Positions 44,954 to 54,588 of a DNA stretch of 64,000 nt are shown here, piece by piece (within the stretch, counting starts at the first letter, position 1; each line of letters begins with the position of its first letter). The notes beneath the pieces are model-generated. The model had not been told where the DNA came from. It saw nothing but the letters and a program-made list of their open reading frames with translations, and made no database searches. Position numbers and translations under genes: made by a program. The stretch comes from Candidatus Nealsonbacteria bacterium. Its GTDB lineage: Bacteria; Patescibacteriota; Minisyncoccia; Minisyncoccales; MHMH01. The stretch covers positions 66,398 through 130,397 of the forward strand of contig JACPGX010000002.1 in NCBI GenBank assembly GCA_016188865.1, given 5' to 3'.

Positions 44954-45521
44954 TTTGCTCCCTGCCTCTGCCGTATCCGCGCTCATCGCTGTAAGGAAGC
45001 GGGCTATTGATATTGGCATTGCCCGGCTTTTGGTCTTTGCTTTCTTCGGAGCCGCTGTTATCGCCGGATTCCATTGTCTGTTTGCCGCCCGGGCCGTCTT
45101 CTTGCATATTTTTGTCTGACGGCAAGCCTAACTCATCAACCAGCTCCCTGTCTTTAACTTCTCGCAGGGCGCGCTCTAAATTTCGTTTAGCTTCTGCCAA
45201 CCCAGGATTGATTCTTAGGGATTCCTGAAGATATCCAATTGATTTCTTAAGAGAATCTGTTTCTTTGTTCTGTAAAAATTCTTCCAGTAAAATAGTGCCA
45301 GCGTTATAGAAAAAGGCTGATTTCAGATTTTTATTCTCTGCGGCCAGGCCAATTTCAGCAAACTTCTGCTCTGCTTGAGGGTTTAATGTGGGATTTTTTT
45401 CGTAAAAAGCTACCGCATCGCTGTATTTCTGAAAAATTTCCGTTTCTTTCCTGTCAGCCATCGTCAGTAGGCCAGAAACAATCAGTAAAATACCAGCCAA
45501 AACCAATCCTTTCTTTAGCAT
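44943..45521 (-). CDS. TPR-like membrane-anchored protein (BatC-like)
   Basis: 192 aa: N-terminal TM, helical repeats, and an acidic/Gly-rich tail. Positioned between the two vWA genes. Confidence 0.5.
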   Translation of the reverse strand: MLKKGLVLAGILLIVSGLLTMADRKETEIFQKYSDAVAFYEKNPTLNPQAEQKFAEIGLAAENKNLKSAFFYNAGTILLEEFLQNKETDSLKKSIGYLQESLRINPGLAEAKRNLERALREVKDRELVDELGLPSDKNMQEDGPGGKQTMESGDNSGSEESKDQKPGNANINSPLPYSDERGYGRGREQNDY

Positions 45522-45531
45522 CGTGTTTCTC

Positions 45532-46539
45532 CTAGGGAATTTTCTTGAATTTTTCAGTAATGACTATAAATATTAAAGCAAGGAAAATGGCAGAAATTAT
45601 GAATATCCAGGAAATGGAATTGAGGGACACGACTTTATTGATTTCCACTACTGATTTTTCCATTCTATCTATGGTTCTGAAAGCAGAAAACAAATCTTCT
45701 TGGTCTTCCGCGTAAAAAATGCGCGCACCAGTTCCTTCCATGGCATTTTTTATTCTTTCCTCTGAAAAAGTTCTCTGCCAACCGGCAACGATTCCAATAA
45801 TGTACGTTTTTATGCCACTTTCTGCCATACTTCGTATTACTTTAATAATTTCATCGGGATTATCATCCAGATCGGTAATCAAAATAATTAACTTATCTTT
45901 CGATTGGCTGGCTTTTTCAAAAAACCCCTGAGCTAATTTAAGGCCTTCAACGGTGTTGGTTCCGCGATGAACGGCAAATGGCAGGGAATTCGCATCTGCT
46001 TCCTGATAAACTCCTCGAATTTCTTTTGCATTAAAAACACTCAATAATTGGCTTTGGTCATCGGTGAATCCGCGGGCTATATAGCCCCTGGGATTGTCGT
46101 AAAGGACAAAGGCCATTCTGTCCCCGCGCCTGATTTTGATAAACTCTCTAAGAATTTTTTCTGCTACTCCTAGGCGAGTTTTTTCAAATTCGGGCAGATC
46201 GTCTTCGGGGTCAAAACCCACCATCATGCTGCCAGAGGTATCGAGCACCAAAGCTATATCTCTTGATTCAAGCGGCTCCTGGACTTCTTTGACAACTTCT
46301 GGCCCGGCTATTGCCGCTAAAACAGAAAAAAGGAGTAAAAACGGCAAAACATAGAACGACCTTTGAAAAATCTTTCCGAGAATCCGCTCTTCTCTCAAAA
46401 ATTCAAGATGAGAGTGGCTTTCGCTTTTTCTCTTTCTTAAAACAAAATAAAGAAATATTAAGAAAATCGAAGCTGCCCCCAAGAAAACAAAAAAGGAGGC
46501 AAAACGGAAGGAATGAAAAAAATTATCTAAAACTTCCAT
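45532..46539 (-). CDS. vWA domain membrane protein (BatA-like)
   Basis: 335 aa. N-terminal TMs, MIDAS motif ALVLDTSGSM, and a C-terminal TM. Confidence 0.8.
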   Translation of the reverse strand: MEVLDNFFHSFRFASFFVFLGAASIFLIFLYFVLRKRKSESHSHLEFLREERILGKIFQRSFYVLPFLLLFSVLAAIAGPEVVKEVQEPLESRDIALVLDTSGSMMVGFDPEDDLPEFEKTRLGVAEKILREFIKIRRGDRMAFVLYDNPRGYIARGFTDDQSQLLSVFNAKEIRGVYQEADANSLPFAVHRGTNTVEGLKLAQGFFEKASQSKDKLIILITDLDDNPDEIIKVIRSMAESGIKTYIIGIVAGWQRTFSEERIKNAMEGTGARIFYAEDQEDLFSAFRTIDRMEKSVVEINKVVSLNSISWIFIISAIFLALIFIVITEKFKKIP

Positions 46540-46542
46540 TTA

Positions 46543-47454
46543 CTAACCTCCTTTCAGTATTTTTTCTGCTCTATCCAGCAATTCCCTGGCATGAGCTTTG
46601 GAAATTAAGTCTTTATCGTAATCTTTTTTGTAAAGCTCTTGGAGCTCTTGTACTAGCAGCTTTTCGTCTCCTGTAAGATTTTCCTGCCAGCCAAAAGAAA
46701 GTTTTATGCTCCGCTTTTCCCTAAAAAATGAACGCAGCAGCAGATAAAGCTTATGAAGCAAAAGAAATACATTGCCGCCATCTTGAAGCGACTGCCTGAT
46801 TAATTCATGGCTGGCCATAAACTCATCAATCTCTCCCGGTTCTACGATGATTTTTTGGAAACTAGAAGATCTCTTCCTTAAAAAGATCGCCAAGCCTGCC
46901 AGAATAAGCATCACCCCTAAGCTCAAGAGAGATAAGCCGATAATTCTTTTTTTGTTGCCAAAGGCGACCTCTTTAATAATCGGCTCCGGCATAGAACCTG
47001 GCTGGCTCAAGGCAGTGAAAGAAATAGTTGCCCCGGGAATTTCGAAGTAAGAAAAATAATTAACTCCCTTTCTTTTATACTGCAGTAAAACAGCTGGAAT
47101 TTGGTAAGTTGCTGGCGGTACGACAACAAGCGATTGGATTTTTAATTCCCAGATATCCACTGAATACTGTCCGCTTTTTTTTGAAGAATATTTGGCTTCC
47201 CTGATTTCAAAATAAGGAAATTTGATTCTTTGAGGTATTTGGCGATGATCAAAATCAACTTCTGATTTTAGCCGAAACACTTGAACCTTAACAATAATTA
47301 TGTCCCCGAGATGATTGTCGTCCTTGGGGACGATTTCCATTCTGCCCCAAATGGGACGATTCTCGCTTTCTTCTGCCGAAACTCCCTGAGGAATAACGGT
47401 GAGGAAAGCGCCAATAACGAAAATCAGGCATAACGAGATTAAAAATTTTCGCAC
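46543..47454 (-). CDS. Bat-operon membrane protein (BatD/DUF4381-like), function unknown
   Basis: 303 aa. GTG start after AAGGAGG. Signal peptide plus an internal TM. Called on operon context only. Confidence 0.4.
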   Translation of the reverse strand: MRKFLISLCLIFVIGAFLTVIPQGVSAEESENRPIWGRMEIVPKDDNHLGDIIIVKVQVFRLKSEVDFDHRQIPQRIKFPYFEIREAKYSSKKSGQYSVDIWELKIQSLVVVPPATYQIPAVLLQYKRKGVNYFSYFEIPGATISFTALSQPGSMPEPIIKEVAFGNKKRIIGLSLLSLGVMLILAGLAIFLRKRSSSFQKIIVEPGEIDEFMASHELIRQSLQDGGNVFLLLHKLYLLLRSFFREKRSIKLSFGWQENLTGDEKLLVQELQELYKKDYDKDLISKAHARELLDRAEKILKGG

Positions 47455-47478
47455 TTCCCCACCTCCTTCTGATAGGCC

Positions 47479-48366
47479 TTAGCCCTTTTTACGGGCAACA
47501 ATCCTTTTCTTGAAAAAATCGTGAACCGCAATGGCTACGTCTTTTTCTGCAGCCGAATCAAGAAAAATAGAATAAAGCCTATGGCGCTTGAATAAATCTT
47601 TGAGTTTTGCCATCCACGCCTCTTCTTCGATTGTTATTTCTTTAGCTTTTTTGGCGGTAAGCCAAAGGGTTGCTTTTTTACCGGTTTCAACATCTTTATA
47701 GGCAATCCTTGTGCCGGAAAAAACTGCGAACTCTTTGGGGTCTTTGATTACTACTGGGATAAAATCAAACTTTTGGCTGGCGATTTTAATTTCTTTTTCA
47801 AATTCTCTTTTTTCAAAAAAATCTGAAATGAAAAATATTACACTTTTGGGTTTCGTCGCCCTGCTAATGAAACGCATGGCTGCCGGGATATTGGTCATTG
47901 AATTTTTTGGTTGATATTCCATATGCCATCTTAATATCCGGCGAAAATGGATTCTCCCCAAACGGGGCGGAAAATATCCTTCAATACCACTGGAAAAACC
48001 AACAAATCCAAAAGAATTATTGCCGGTCAGAACCAAAGACCCGATAAGGATTTCAAGAAAGGTGTCAACAACGGCTAGTTTCTCCTCCGACCAACTCATT
48101 GAATTAGACAAATCAAGAGCTACGATGATCGTCAGATTTTTTTGAACTACTCTTTCAATCACAAACAGTTCTCTTGCCTTGGCATACTGCGGCCAATGAA
48201 TTCTTTTTGCATTATCGCCTGATTGATAAGGCCGGAGATCAACAAAATCCTCCCCCTCTCCCTTATAAATGCTCGGAAATTCTCCGGGGAATAAATTGAG
48301 CACCCTCAAGAGGGCCGTGAACTTTAGCCTGCGCCTTTTCAAATACCTTGACTGGATCTCTCTCAT
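47479..48366 (-). CDS. DUF58 family protein (MoxR partner)
   Basis: 295 aa with DLRPYQSGDNAKRIHW, a DUF58-type motif. Its start overlaps the moxR stop. Confidence 0.75.
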   Translation of the reverse strand: MREIQSRYLKRRRLKFTALLRVLNLFPGEFPSIYKGEGEDFVDLRPYQSGDNAKRIHWPQYAKARELFVIERVVQKNLTIIVALDLSNSMSWSEEKLAVVDTFLEILIGSLVLTGNNSFGFVGFSSGIEGYFPPRLGRIHFRRILRWHMEYQPKNSMTNIPAAMRFISRATKPKSVIFFISDFFEKREFEKEIKIASQKFDFIPVVIKDPKEFAVFSGTRIAYKDVETGKKATLWLTAKKAKEITIEEEAWMAKLKDLFKRHRLYSIFLDSAAEKDVAIAVHDFFKKRIVARKKG

Positions 48367-49346
48367 TAGCGGCGCCCCTTGCTTACTGCGGGAATTATAT
48401 CTTTCTCAATCAAGTCATCAATAAAATCTAATTTTTTCTTATCCGGCTGCACGACCAAGTCATCAATCATCAGCCTATGGCGCAAAATTGGCTTGGCCAC
48501 TTCATCAATGTCGTCCGGCAAAACTGTATTATCGCCTCGCAAAAAAGCATGGACTCTTGAACCCGCCTCAATGGCCATCATGGCTCTCGGTGAGCCGCCG
48601 AGCGAAATGCCGACCTGAGAACGGGTGGCTCTTACCAATTCAACGATGTAATCTTTCTGCCGGTCATCAATTCTTACTTCTTTCCTGATTAACGATCTGA
48701 CCACCAGGATTTCATCCAACTTGATAATATTTTTCATTGCCGGCCTTTCCTCATTGCCCCAGTTAACGAGAATCCTTTCATCTTCTTTAGAGCCGTATCC
48801 CATCCTGATCATCATCATAAATCGGTCAAGTTGGGCTTCAGGCAAGGAAAATGTCCCCTCATGTTCAATGGGATTTTGGGTGGCCATAACCAAAAATGGC
48901 TCAGAAAGCTGATAAGTAGTGTTGCCCATAGTTACCGCCGCCTCTTGCATGGCTTCCAACAAAGCCGATTGCGTCCTGGGGGTGGTACGATTTATTTCGT
49001 CAACCAAAAGAATATTGGTAAATACCGGTCCCTTTCTGGGCTCCAATGTTTCGCGCGCACTGCTCCAGATATCAGTACCGGTAATGTCGGAAGGCAAAAG
49101 ATCGGGGGTGCATTGAATTCTGTTAAATTTCCCTCCGATAATCACGGCAATAGTTTTTGCCAACTCGGTTTTGCCAATACCGGGCACGCCCTCCAAAAGA
49201 ATGTGCGCTCTCAACCGCGGCCCGCTCGATAACAGGCAAATGACAATCTGCCTTAATTCTTTTTCATATCCTACAATATTTTTTCTAACCTCAAGCTCAA
49301 AATCTTCTGTAAAAAGCTTCCTCGCTTTAATCAATTCTTCTTTCAT
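48366..49346 (-). CDS. moxR: MoxR-family AAA+ ATPase
   Basis: 326 aa. Walker A GVPGIGKT, Walker B LLVDEINR, and MATQNPIE. GGAGG SD. Confidence 0.9.
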   Translation of the reverse strand: MKEELIKARKLFTEDFELEVRKNIVGYEKELRQIVICLLSSGPRLRAHILLEGVPGIGKTELAKTIAVIIGGKFNRIQCTPDLLPSDITGTDIWSSARETLEPRKGPVFTNILLVDEINRTTPRTQSALLEAMQEAAVTMGNTTYQLSEPFLVMATQNPIEHEGTFSLPEAQLDRFMMMIRMGYGSKEDERILVNWGNEERPAMKNIIKLDEILVVRSLIRKEVRIDDRQKDYIVELVRATRSQVGISLGGSPRAMMAIEAGSRVHAFLRGDNTVLPDDIDEVAKPILRHRLMIDDLVVQPDKKKLDFIDDLIEKDIIPAVSKGRR

Positions 49347-49435
49347 TGCCTTGTATCCTCCATTATTTTATTTTCAATGAACCTAAATCCGACCCGCGTG
49401 GGGTCTTTCTTTTTTACAATAGCAATATAACGGCG

Positions 49436-49993
49436 TCAACCCTTGCCCCCCAAAATTCTTAGAGCTTTTTTTATTTTTTCTTCTTGAGTAAGCTCTCCCT
49501 GAATTTTTAATAAAGCCTCCTTTGCTTTTTGCTTGGGAAAGCCCAATGAAATCAGGGCATCTAAAGCGCCTTCGTCAGCGGGCTCAAATGTTTTCTTCAG
49601 TTCTTTTATCTTGCCCGTCAGCTCTAAAAGTATCTTTTGCATCTTTTTCTGGCCGATGCCCTTAATTTCGGGAGGAAGGGAACCTCTTTCCATCGTTTCT
49701 TTCAATTTCTCTAAGGACCCCAGCAAAGACAGCATCATAGCTGTCTTGGGGCCTATGCCCGAAATCTCATTTAGAGTTTCAAAAAGCCCCAGCGCCTCTT
49801 GAGTCAAAAATCCGTAAAGTTCGATCGCGTCCTCTTTCGAATGAAGGTGGGTAAAAATTTTTATTTCTTGCCCCACAGAAACACTCCTTAAAGTCTGCGG
49901 CGAACAAAAAACCTTATAGCCAATTCCGGCTACATCCATCACTAAAAATTTCTCTCCCTTAAACTCAATTTTCCCCCGCAAATGATAAATCAT
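49436..49993 (-). CDS. ruvA: Holliday junction branch migration complex subunit RuvA
   Basis: 185 aa. MIYHLRGKI... OB-fold N-terminus and an HhH segment ISGIGPKTA. The ATG lies directly after a TAAGAT box, so the transcript looks leaderless. Confidence 0.85.
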   Translation of the reverse strand: MIYHLRGKIEFKGEKFLVMDVAGIGYKVFCSPQTLRSVSVGQEIKIFTHLHSKEDAIELYGFLTQEALGLFETLNEISGIGPKTAMMLSLLGSLEKLKETMERGSLPPEIKGIGQKKMQKILLELTGKIKELKKTFEPADEGALDALISLGFPKQKAKEALLKIQGELTQEEKIKKALRILGGKG

Positions 49994-50052
49994 TATCTTA
50001 TTCTACCTTACTTTAAAACAATAATAAATAAATCCGTCACTAACGCTTTTAT

Positions 50053-50071
50053 AACGATCGTGTAAGAAGTG
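50053..50071. repeat. 19-bp direct repeat, copy 1 (AACGATCGTGTAAGAAGTG)
   Basis: Identical 19-mer to the one at 50645-50663. It contains the palindrome ACGATCGT and abuts the stop of the PaaX-like gene. Confidence 0.85.
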
Positions 50072-50620
50072 CTATATATCTATTTCTTCGATGAGAAAAG
50101 TGCGGACATAGTAATCTATATTATAAATACGGATGGCCTCTTCGAGTCTTTCTAAAACATCGTTTGGGCAAACCCAAACGCTTTTTTGAAGCCTCTGGAA
50201 TCCAAGAGCGTAAAGAATCTTTCTTAACTCGTCACGATAGCGTCTTTTATTTTCTGGAACATCAAAAATAACCATAATCCACTTACCATCTTTTCTTTTT
50301 TGAATAAATTGATTGTCTCTGGCAAAAATTCTGCACCTTAAAGCCTTCTCTCGCCCTCGTGGAGTAAGTAAAATGCCACTTTTCCCTTTCAGATTTTCAA
50401 TTTTAATATAGCCCTTCCGCTTTAAATAATTCACAAATTGAGCGAACTGCTGTTTGCTTCTTTTGTCTTCCAGCTTTCTCCAGAAATCCGGATCCTTAGG
50501 ACGCATAATCTCTTTTATGGTTTTGAACCTAAAAATATCCGGAGGAGTCAACGCCTTATCGGTTGCTTTATAAAAATTATAAATTCCCCAAAGAAATTTA
50601 TCGGTAAGTGGCGACTTCAT
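50072..50620 (-). CDS. PaaX-like / Cas2-fold putative transcriptional regulator
   Basis: 182 aa. The C-terminal WIMVIFDVPENKRRYRDELRKILYALGFQRLQKSVWVCP resembles the PaaX/Cas2-like ferredoxin-fold module. There is no CRISPR context. Confidence 0.5.
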   Translation of the reverse strand: MKSPLTDKFLWGIYNFYKATDKALTPPDIFRFKTIKEIMRPKDPDFWRKLEDKRSKQQFAQFVNYLKRKGYIKIENLKGKSGILLTPRGREKALRCRIFARDNQFIQKRKDGKWIMVIFDVPENKRRYRDELRKILYALGFQRLQKSVWVCPNDVLERLEEAIRIYNIDYYVRTFLIEEIDI

Positions 50621-50644
50621 ATTGCCTCACTATAACATATTTGA

Positions 50645-50663
50645 AACGATCGTGTAAGAAGTG
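50645..50663. repeat. 19-bp direct repeat, copy 2, overlapping the -35 region of the PaaX-like gene
   Basis: On the minus strand the repeat supplies TTACAC, followed by 17 nt, TATAGT, and then GAGGCAAT-ATG. Confidence 0.8.
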
Positions 50664-50815
50664 TTAGTTTGTAGCCAATGGTTAACGGCGGATATGAACA
50701 TGATAATTTGGGGTGGGATATTAAAAATAAAAAGGGCTAATCTTACGATTATTAAAGGCGATGCGAATCCACTAATAGTATTGAAAATTTTATCAATAGA
50801 TGTATTATATGCGAT

Positions 50816-52714
50816 ATGGAATTTAAGTTGGTCTCCAAATTCAAACCGAAGGGCGATCAGCCGCAGGCGATTAAAAAACTGACCAAAAATTTGAAAGCCG
50901 GCGTGGCAAAACAAGTGCTTTTAGGCGTGACGGGTTCGGGCAAAACATTTACCATGGCTAAGGTCATCGAGAAAACACAAAGGCCGACTTTAATTATTTC
51001 CCACAATAAAACTTTAGCCGCCCAACTTTATCAGGAGTTTAAAGGTTTCTTCCCCAACAATGCAGTCCACTACTTCGTTTCCTATTACGACTACTACCAG
51101 CCCGAAGCTTATATCCCCCAAACTAATACATATATAGAAAAGGACGCCAAGATTAACGAAGAAATTGACAGGATGCGCCATGCCGCTACCCAAGATTTAC
51201 TAATAAGAAAAGACGTGATTATTGTAGCTTCGGTATCCTGCATATATAATATCGGCTCGCCGGAATCTTACCGAGAAGTTTCTTTAGAATTAAAACAAGG
51301 CCAAAAAATGAGAAGGCAAGATTTGATTTTGCATCTTATTGCCCTGCAGTACCAAAGAAACGACGTTGACTTTAAGCCGGGAACTTTTCGCGTCAGAGGA
51401 GATCTTGTTGAGGTTTATTTAGTAACCGGTAAAATCATACTAAAAATAGAAATGAAGGGCGACAAAATAATCAGCCCCGGATGTAGAATCTTCCCGGCGC
51501 ATTTTTGGGTAACTCCCCAAGACAAATTAAACATCGCTCTTGAAAATATAAAACTTGAACTGCAGGAACAATTAGGCAAATTAAAAAAGTCTGGAAAGTT
51601 GGAGGAGGCCAAAAGACTAGAACAAAGAACTAATTATGACCTAGAAATGCTTAAGGAAACCGGTTACTGCCACGGGATAGAAAACTATTCGAGCCATTTA
51701 GAATTTAGAAAATCCGGGCAAGCGCCCTATGCGCTGCTCGAATATTATCCGAAGGATTTTTTGGTTTTTGTCGATGAGTCCCATATGACCCTTCCCCAAC
51801 TCCACGCCATGGCCGTCCAAGACAGGGCGAGAAAGGACACTTTGATAAACTACGGCTTCAGGCTGCCGTCTGCCATAGACAACCGTCCCTTAAAATTTGC
51901 TGAATTTGAAGGCAAGGCATCCCAGACGATTTATGTTTCAGCCACCCCGGGCGCTTATGAAAAACAAAATCCTATCGTGGAACAGCTAATCAGGCCAACC
52001 GGTCTTTTGGAACCATCTATTGAAGTTAGGCCGACCAAAAACCAAATAAAAGACCTGATCAATGAAATTAAAAAAAGAATCGTTGCCAAACAAAGAGTTC
52101 TGGTAATTGCTCTTACCAAAAGACTGGCCGAAGCCGTATCGGATTATTTGCTCCAAGAAAAAATCAAAGCTCAATGGCTTCATTCGGAAATAAAAACGCT
52201 GGAAAGACCTAAAATTCTCAAGGATTTCAGGAGTGGTAAGTACGATGTTTTGGTGGGGATTAACCTTTTAAGGGAGGGGCTGGACTTACCGGAAGTTTCC
52301 CTGGTGGCGATCTTGGATGCCGACAAGGAAGGATTTTTAAGAAATGAAACCACCTTAATTCAAACCATGGGCAGGGCTGCCAGGCATATTAAAGGTCACG
52401 TAATAATGTATGCCGACCAAAAAACTTTCTCAATGAATTCCGCTATAAAAGAGATTTCACGCCGAAGAAAAATCCAGGAGTTGTATAATAGAAAACATAA
52501 AATTATTCCCAAACAAATCAGCAAAGAAATCAAAGATTGGCCATTTGCCGGCAAAACAACTTTAAATCAAGAGTTTTGGGCAATCCGTGATAAAAAATTA
52601 TTCGAGAAAGAAATGAAAACAGCGGCTGACAATTTAAATTTTGAAAGAGCCGCCGAGCTTAGAAACTTGATTAAAAAGCTAAACAGTGATAAAAGTAATA
52701 ACATATGGCAATAA
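50816..52714 (+). CDS. uvrB: excinuclease ABC subunit B
   Basis: 632 aa. KGDQPQAI, Walker [11 protein letters not shown], helicase motifs, and a C-terminal UVR domain (FERAAELRN). Confidence 0.95.
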   Translation: MEFKLVSKFKPKGDQPQAIKKLTKNLKAGVAKQVLLGVTGSGKTFTMAKVIEKTQRPTLIISHNKTLAAQLYQEFKGFFPNNAVHYFVSYYDYYQPEAYIPQTNTYIEKDAKINEEIDRMRHAATQDLLIRKDVIIVASVSCIYNIGSPESYREVSLELKQGQKMRRQDLILHLIALQYQRNDVDFKPGTFRVRGDLVEVYLVTGKIILKIEMKGDKIISPGCRIFPAHFWVTPQDKLNIALENIKLELQEQLGKLKKSGKLEEAKRLEQRTNYDLEMLKETGYCHGIENYSSHLEFRKSGQAPYALLEYYPKDFLVFVDESHMTLPQLHAMAVQDRARKDTLINYGFRLPSAIDNRPLKFAEFEGKASQTIYVSATPGAYEKQNPIVEQLIRPTGLLEPSIEVRPTKNQIKDLINEIKKRIVAKQRVLVIALTKRLAEAVSDYLLQEKIKAQWLHSEIKTLERPKILKDFRSGKYDVLVGINLLREGLDLPEVSLVAILDADKEGFLRNETTLIQTMGRAARHIKGHVIMYADQKTFSMNSAIKEISRRRKIQELYNRKHKIIPKQISKEIKDWPFAGKTTLNQEFWAIRDKKLFEKEMKTAADNLNFERAAELRNLIKKLNSDKSNNIWQ

Positions 52715-52968
52715 CTAGCGCAGCCAAAAAAGCTCTGCGGCAAAATGTAAGGCACAGAGCAAAAAATCTGGTGTACAAAAATAAAATAAAAAACCTCTTC
52801 AAGGAGGTGAGATCTTTTATTCTCCAAAAGAAAATAAAAGAAGCCGAAACTCTTTTGCCGCAAATTTACAAAGCCCTGGATAAAGCAGCCAAGGTGGGAG
52901 TTATCAAAAAGAATGCCGCTTCCCGCAGCAAGTCCAGAATCGCCAAACTAATAGCTAAATCCCGGTAA
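52705..52968 (+). CDS. rpsT: 30S ribosomal protein S20
   Basis: 87 aa, basic. [17 protein letters not shown] is a typical S20 N-terminus. Confidence 0.9.
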   Translation: MAITSAAKKALRQNVRHRAKNLVYKNKIKNLFKEVRSFILQKKIKEAETLLPQIYKALDKAAKVGVIKKNAASRSKSRIAKLIAKSR

Positions 52969-53857
52969 TCAGCAGGTCTAACGCTAACTGCGGGTCCAAC
53001 TGGCCCGTTTTTATTTTCAAATCTGCTTCAAAAATTTCGCGATAAATCTTTTTTAGATCCTCGAGCGTAAAAATTGCCGCGAGCGCAGCAGTTTTTCTCA
53101 CAAAATAAGGATGAGCATCAAGCCTCCCCATTTCTTTCACCAACAACAAATTTCTAAACTGAAAATTAATCATCGACAAAAGATATAACGGGCTGTCTCC
53201 CGCGTCTAAATGCTGGTGCAGCAGGGAAATAGCCGTTTTTTTGTTTTTAAATGCTATGGCTTCAATGGTTTTAAAAATATCTGTTTCGATTTGCGGCTTC
53301 ACCAAAAAATCAACGTCTCCCAATTTAATTATTTTATTTTTTTTAAAAGCTGCCAGCTTTTTAATTTCATTGGAAAATCTCCATAAATCATTGCCGATAT
53401 AGCTGATTAGGACTTCTACGGCTTGAGGCTCTGCCGTAGCTTTATATTTTTCTAATTCTGATTTTGCCCAGTTTCTTAATTTTACTCCTCCCAGAAGCTT
53501 AAATTCCTGGACCTTGGCATTTTTTGCTAAAAACTTGAAAAGGGTGTCGGCAGAACTGATTTCGCTGTCTTCGTAAAAAACAATGACGTCCTCGGAATCA
53601 ACAAACTTTTTGCCATGCTCTAAAAAATAATTTTTAAGCTCCGTGTTCTGAAAGATATTTTTCAAAATAAATAATTTTCTTTCCCGAAACATCGGCATTT
53701 GCTTAAATTCCTGCTCAAAATCTTGATAATTTAATCTTTCGCCGTCAAAAAATCTCAAATTCAACCCGCTCTTGCGGATTTCTTTGTGATGTTCGGCAAT
53801 CTCGGCTAATTTCTGCCTTAATCTATATGTGTCTTGCCCGTAGAGAAAAATAATCAT
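52955..53857 (-). CDS. holA: DNA polymerase III delta subunit-like
   Basis: Start MIIFLYGQDTYR at 53857, in an ATGA overlap with the mutM stop. The helical, roughly 300-aa protein resembles HolA. The call is weaker than for its neighbours. Confidence 0.6.
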   Translation of the reverse strand: MIIFLYGQDTYRLRQKLAEIAEHHKEIRKSGLNLRFFDGERLNYQDFEQEFKQMPMFRERKLFILKNIFQNTELKNYFLEHGKKFVDSEDVIVFYEDSEISSADTLFKFLAKNAKVQEFKLLGGVKLRNWAKSELEKYKATAEPQAVEVLISYIGNDLWRFSNEIKKLAAFKKNKIIKLGDVDFLVKPQIETDIFKTIEAIAFKNKKTAISLLHQHLDAGDSPLYLLSMINFQFRNLLLVKEMGRLDAHPYFVRKTAALAAIFTLEDLKKIYREIFEADLKIKTGQLDPQLALDLLITGI

Positions 53858-54588
53858 AGTGGTTGGCAGCGCGGGCAAAAGTGAGCTGATCTTCCGCTCA
53901 GTTTAACTCTTTTTATTTTTGCGCCGCAACGAGAACATTTTTGTCCTTCTTTTTGATAAACCTTGTGCCGCTTTTTATATTCTCCTTTTTTGCCACAAGC
54001 GTCAACGTAATACTGAACGGAGGAGCCCCCGCATTTGATTGCTTTATTCAAAATTTTACCGATATTTTGATGTATTTTAGCCGTTTCTTCATCTTTTAGG
54101 GTTTTAACCAATCTCAGGGGGTTCACCTTAGCTGCAAATAAAATTTCGTCGGAATAAATATTGCCGATGCCGGCAATAAACTTTTGGTCCATTAGCAGAG
54201 TCTTAATTTTGGCGTTAGGCCGCTTGCTTAAGGCGGCTTTAAATGCCGCTAGGTTAATTTTTAAAGCTTCCGGCCCAAATTTTTCCTCAATCGATTTGGT
54301 ATTTTTAACTATTTTCCACCAGCCGAATTTACGCGCGTCGTTAAAAATTAATCTCGAACCGTCGTTAAAATAAAAAACCTTGCGGGTGTAAGCCGAAGGC
54401 GTGCCGTTAAAGATTAATTGGCCGGTTAATTTCAAGTGAAAAACCAAACTGGAACCATCGGCAAAATCAATTATTAAAATTTTGGCCCTTCTTCTTAGGC
54501 CGGTAATCTTTTTATCATCTAATTTTTTGCCGATAATTTTTTCAGCCAGTTGGCGCCTGATTGTTTCTACTTCAGGAAGTTCGGGCAT
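53854..54588 (-). CDS. mutM: formamidopyrimidine-DNA glycosylase
   Basis: MPELPEVE catalytic N-terminus at 54588, and a C-terminal zinc finger CSRCG...CPRC. Confidence 0.9.
   Translation of the reverse strand: MPELPEVETIRRQLAEKIIGKKLDDKKITGLRRRAKILIIDFADGSSLVFHLKLTGQLIFNGTPSAYTRKVFYFNDGSRLIFNDARKFGWWKIVKNTKSIEEKFGPEALKINLAAFKAALSKRPNAKIKTLLMDQKFIAGIGNIYSDEILFAAKVNPLRLVKTLKDEETAKIHQNIGKILNKAIKCGGSSVQYYVDACGKKGEYKKRHKVYQKEGQKCSRCGAKIKRVKLSGRSAHFCPRCQPL

Noticed and set aside
50630-50914. Overlapping ORFs 50630-50914 (minus) and 50661-50882 (plus) in the PaaX-like/uvrB spacer
   Set aside because: They are mutually exclusive, overlap the uvrB start and promoter region, and have no recognisable features. 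The region is better explained as divergent promoters.
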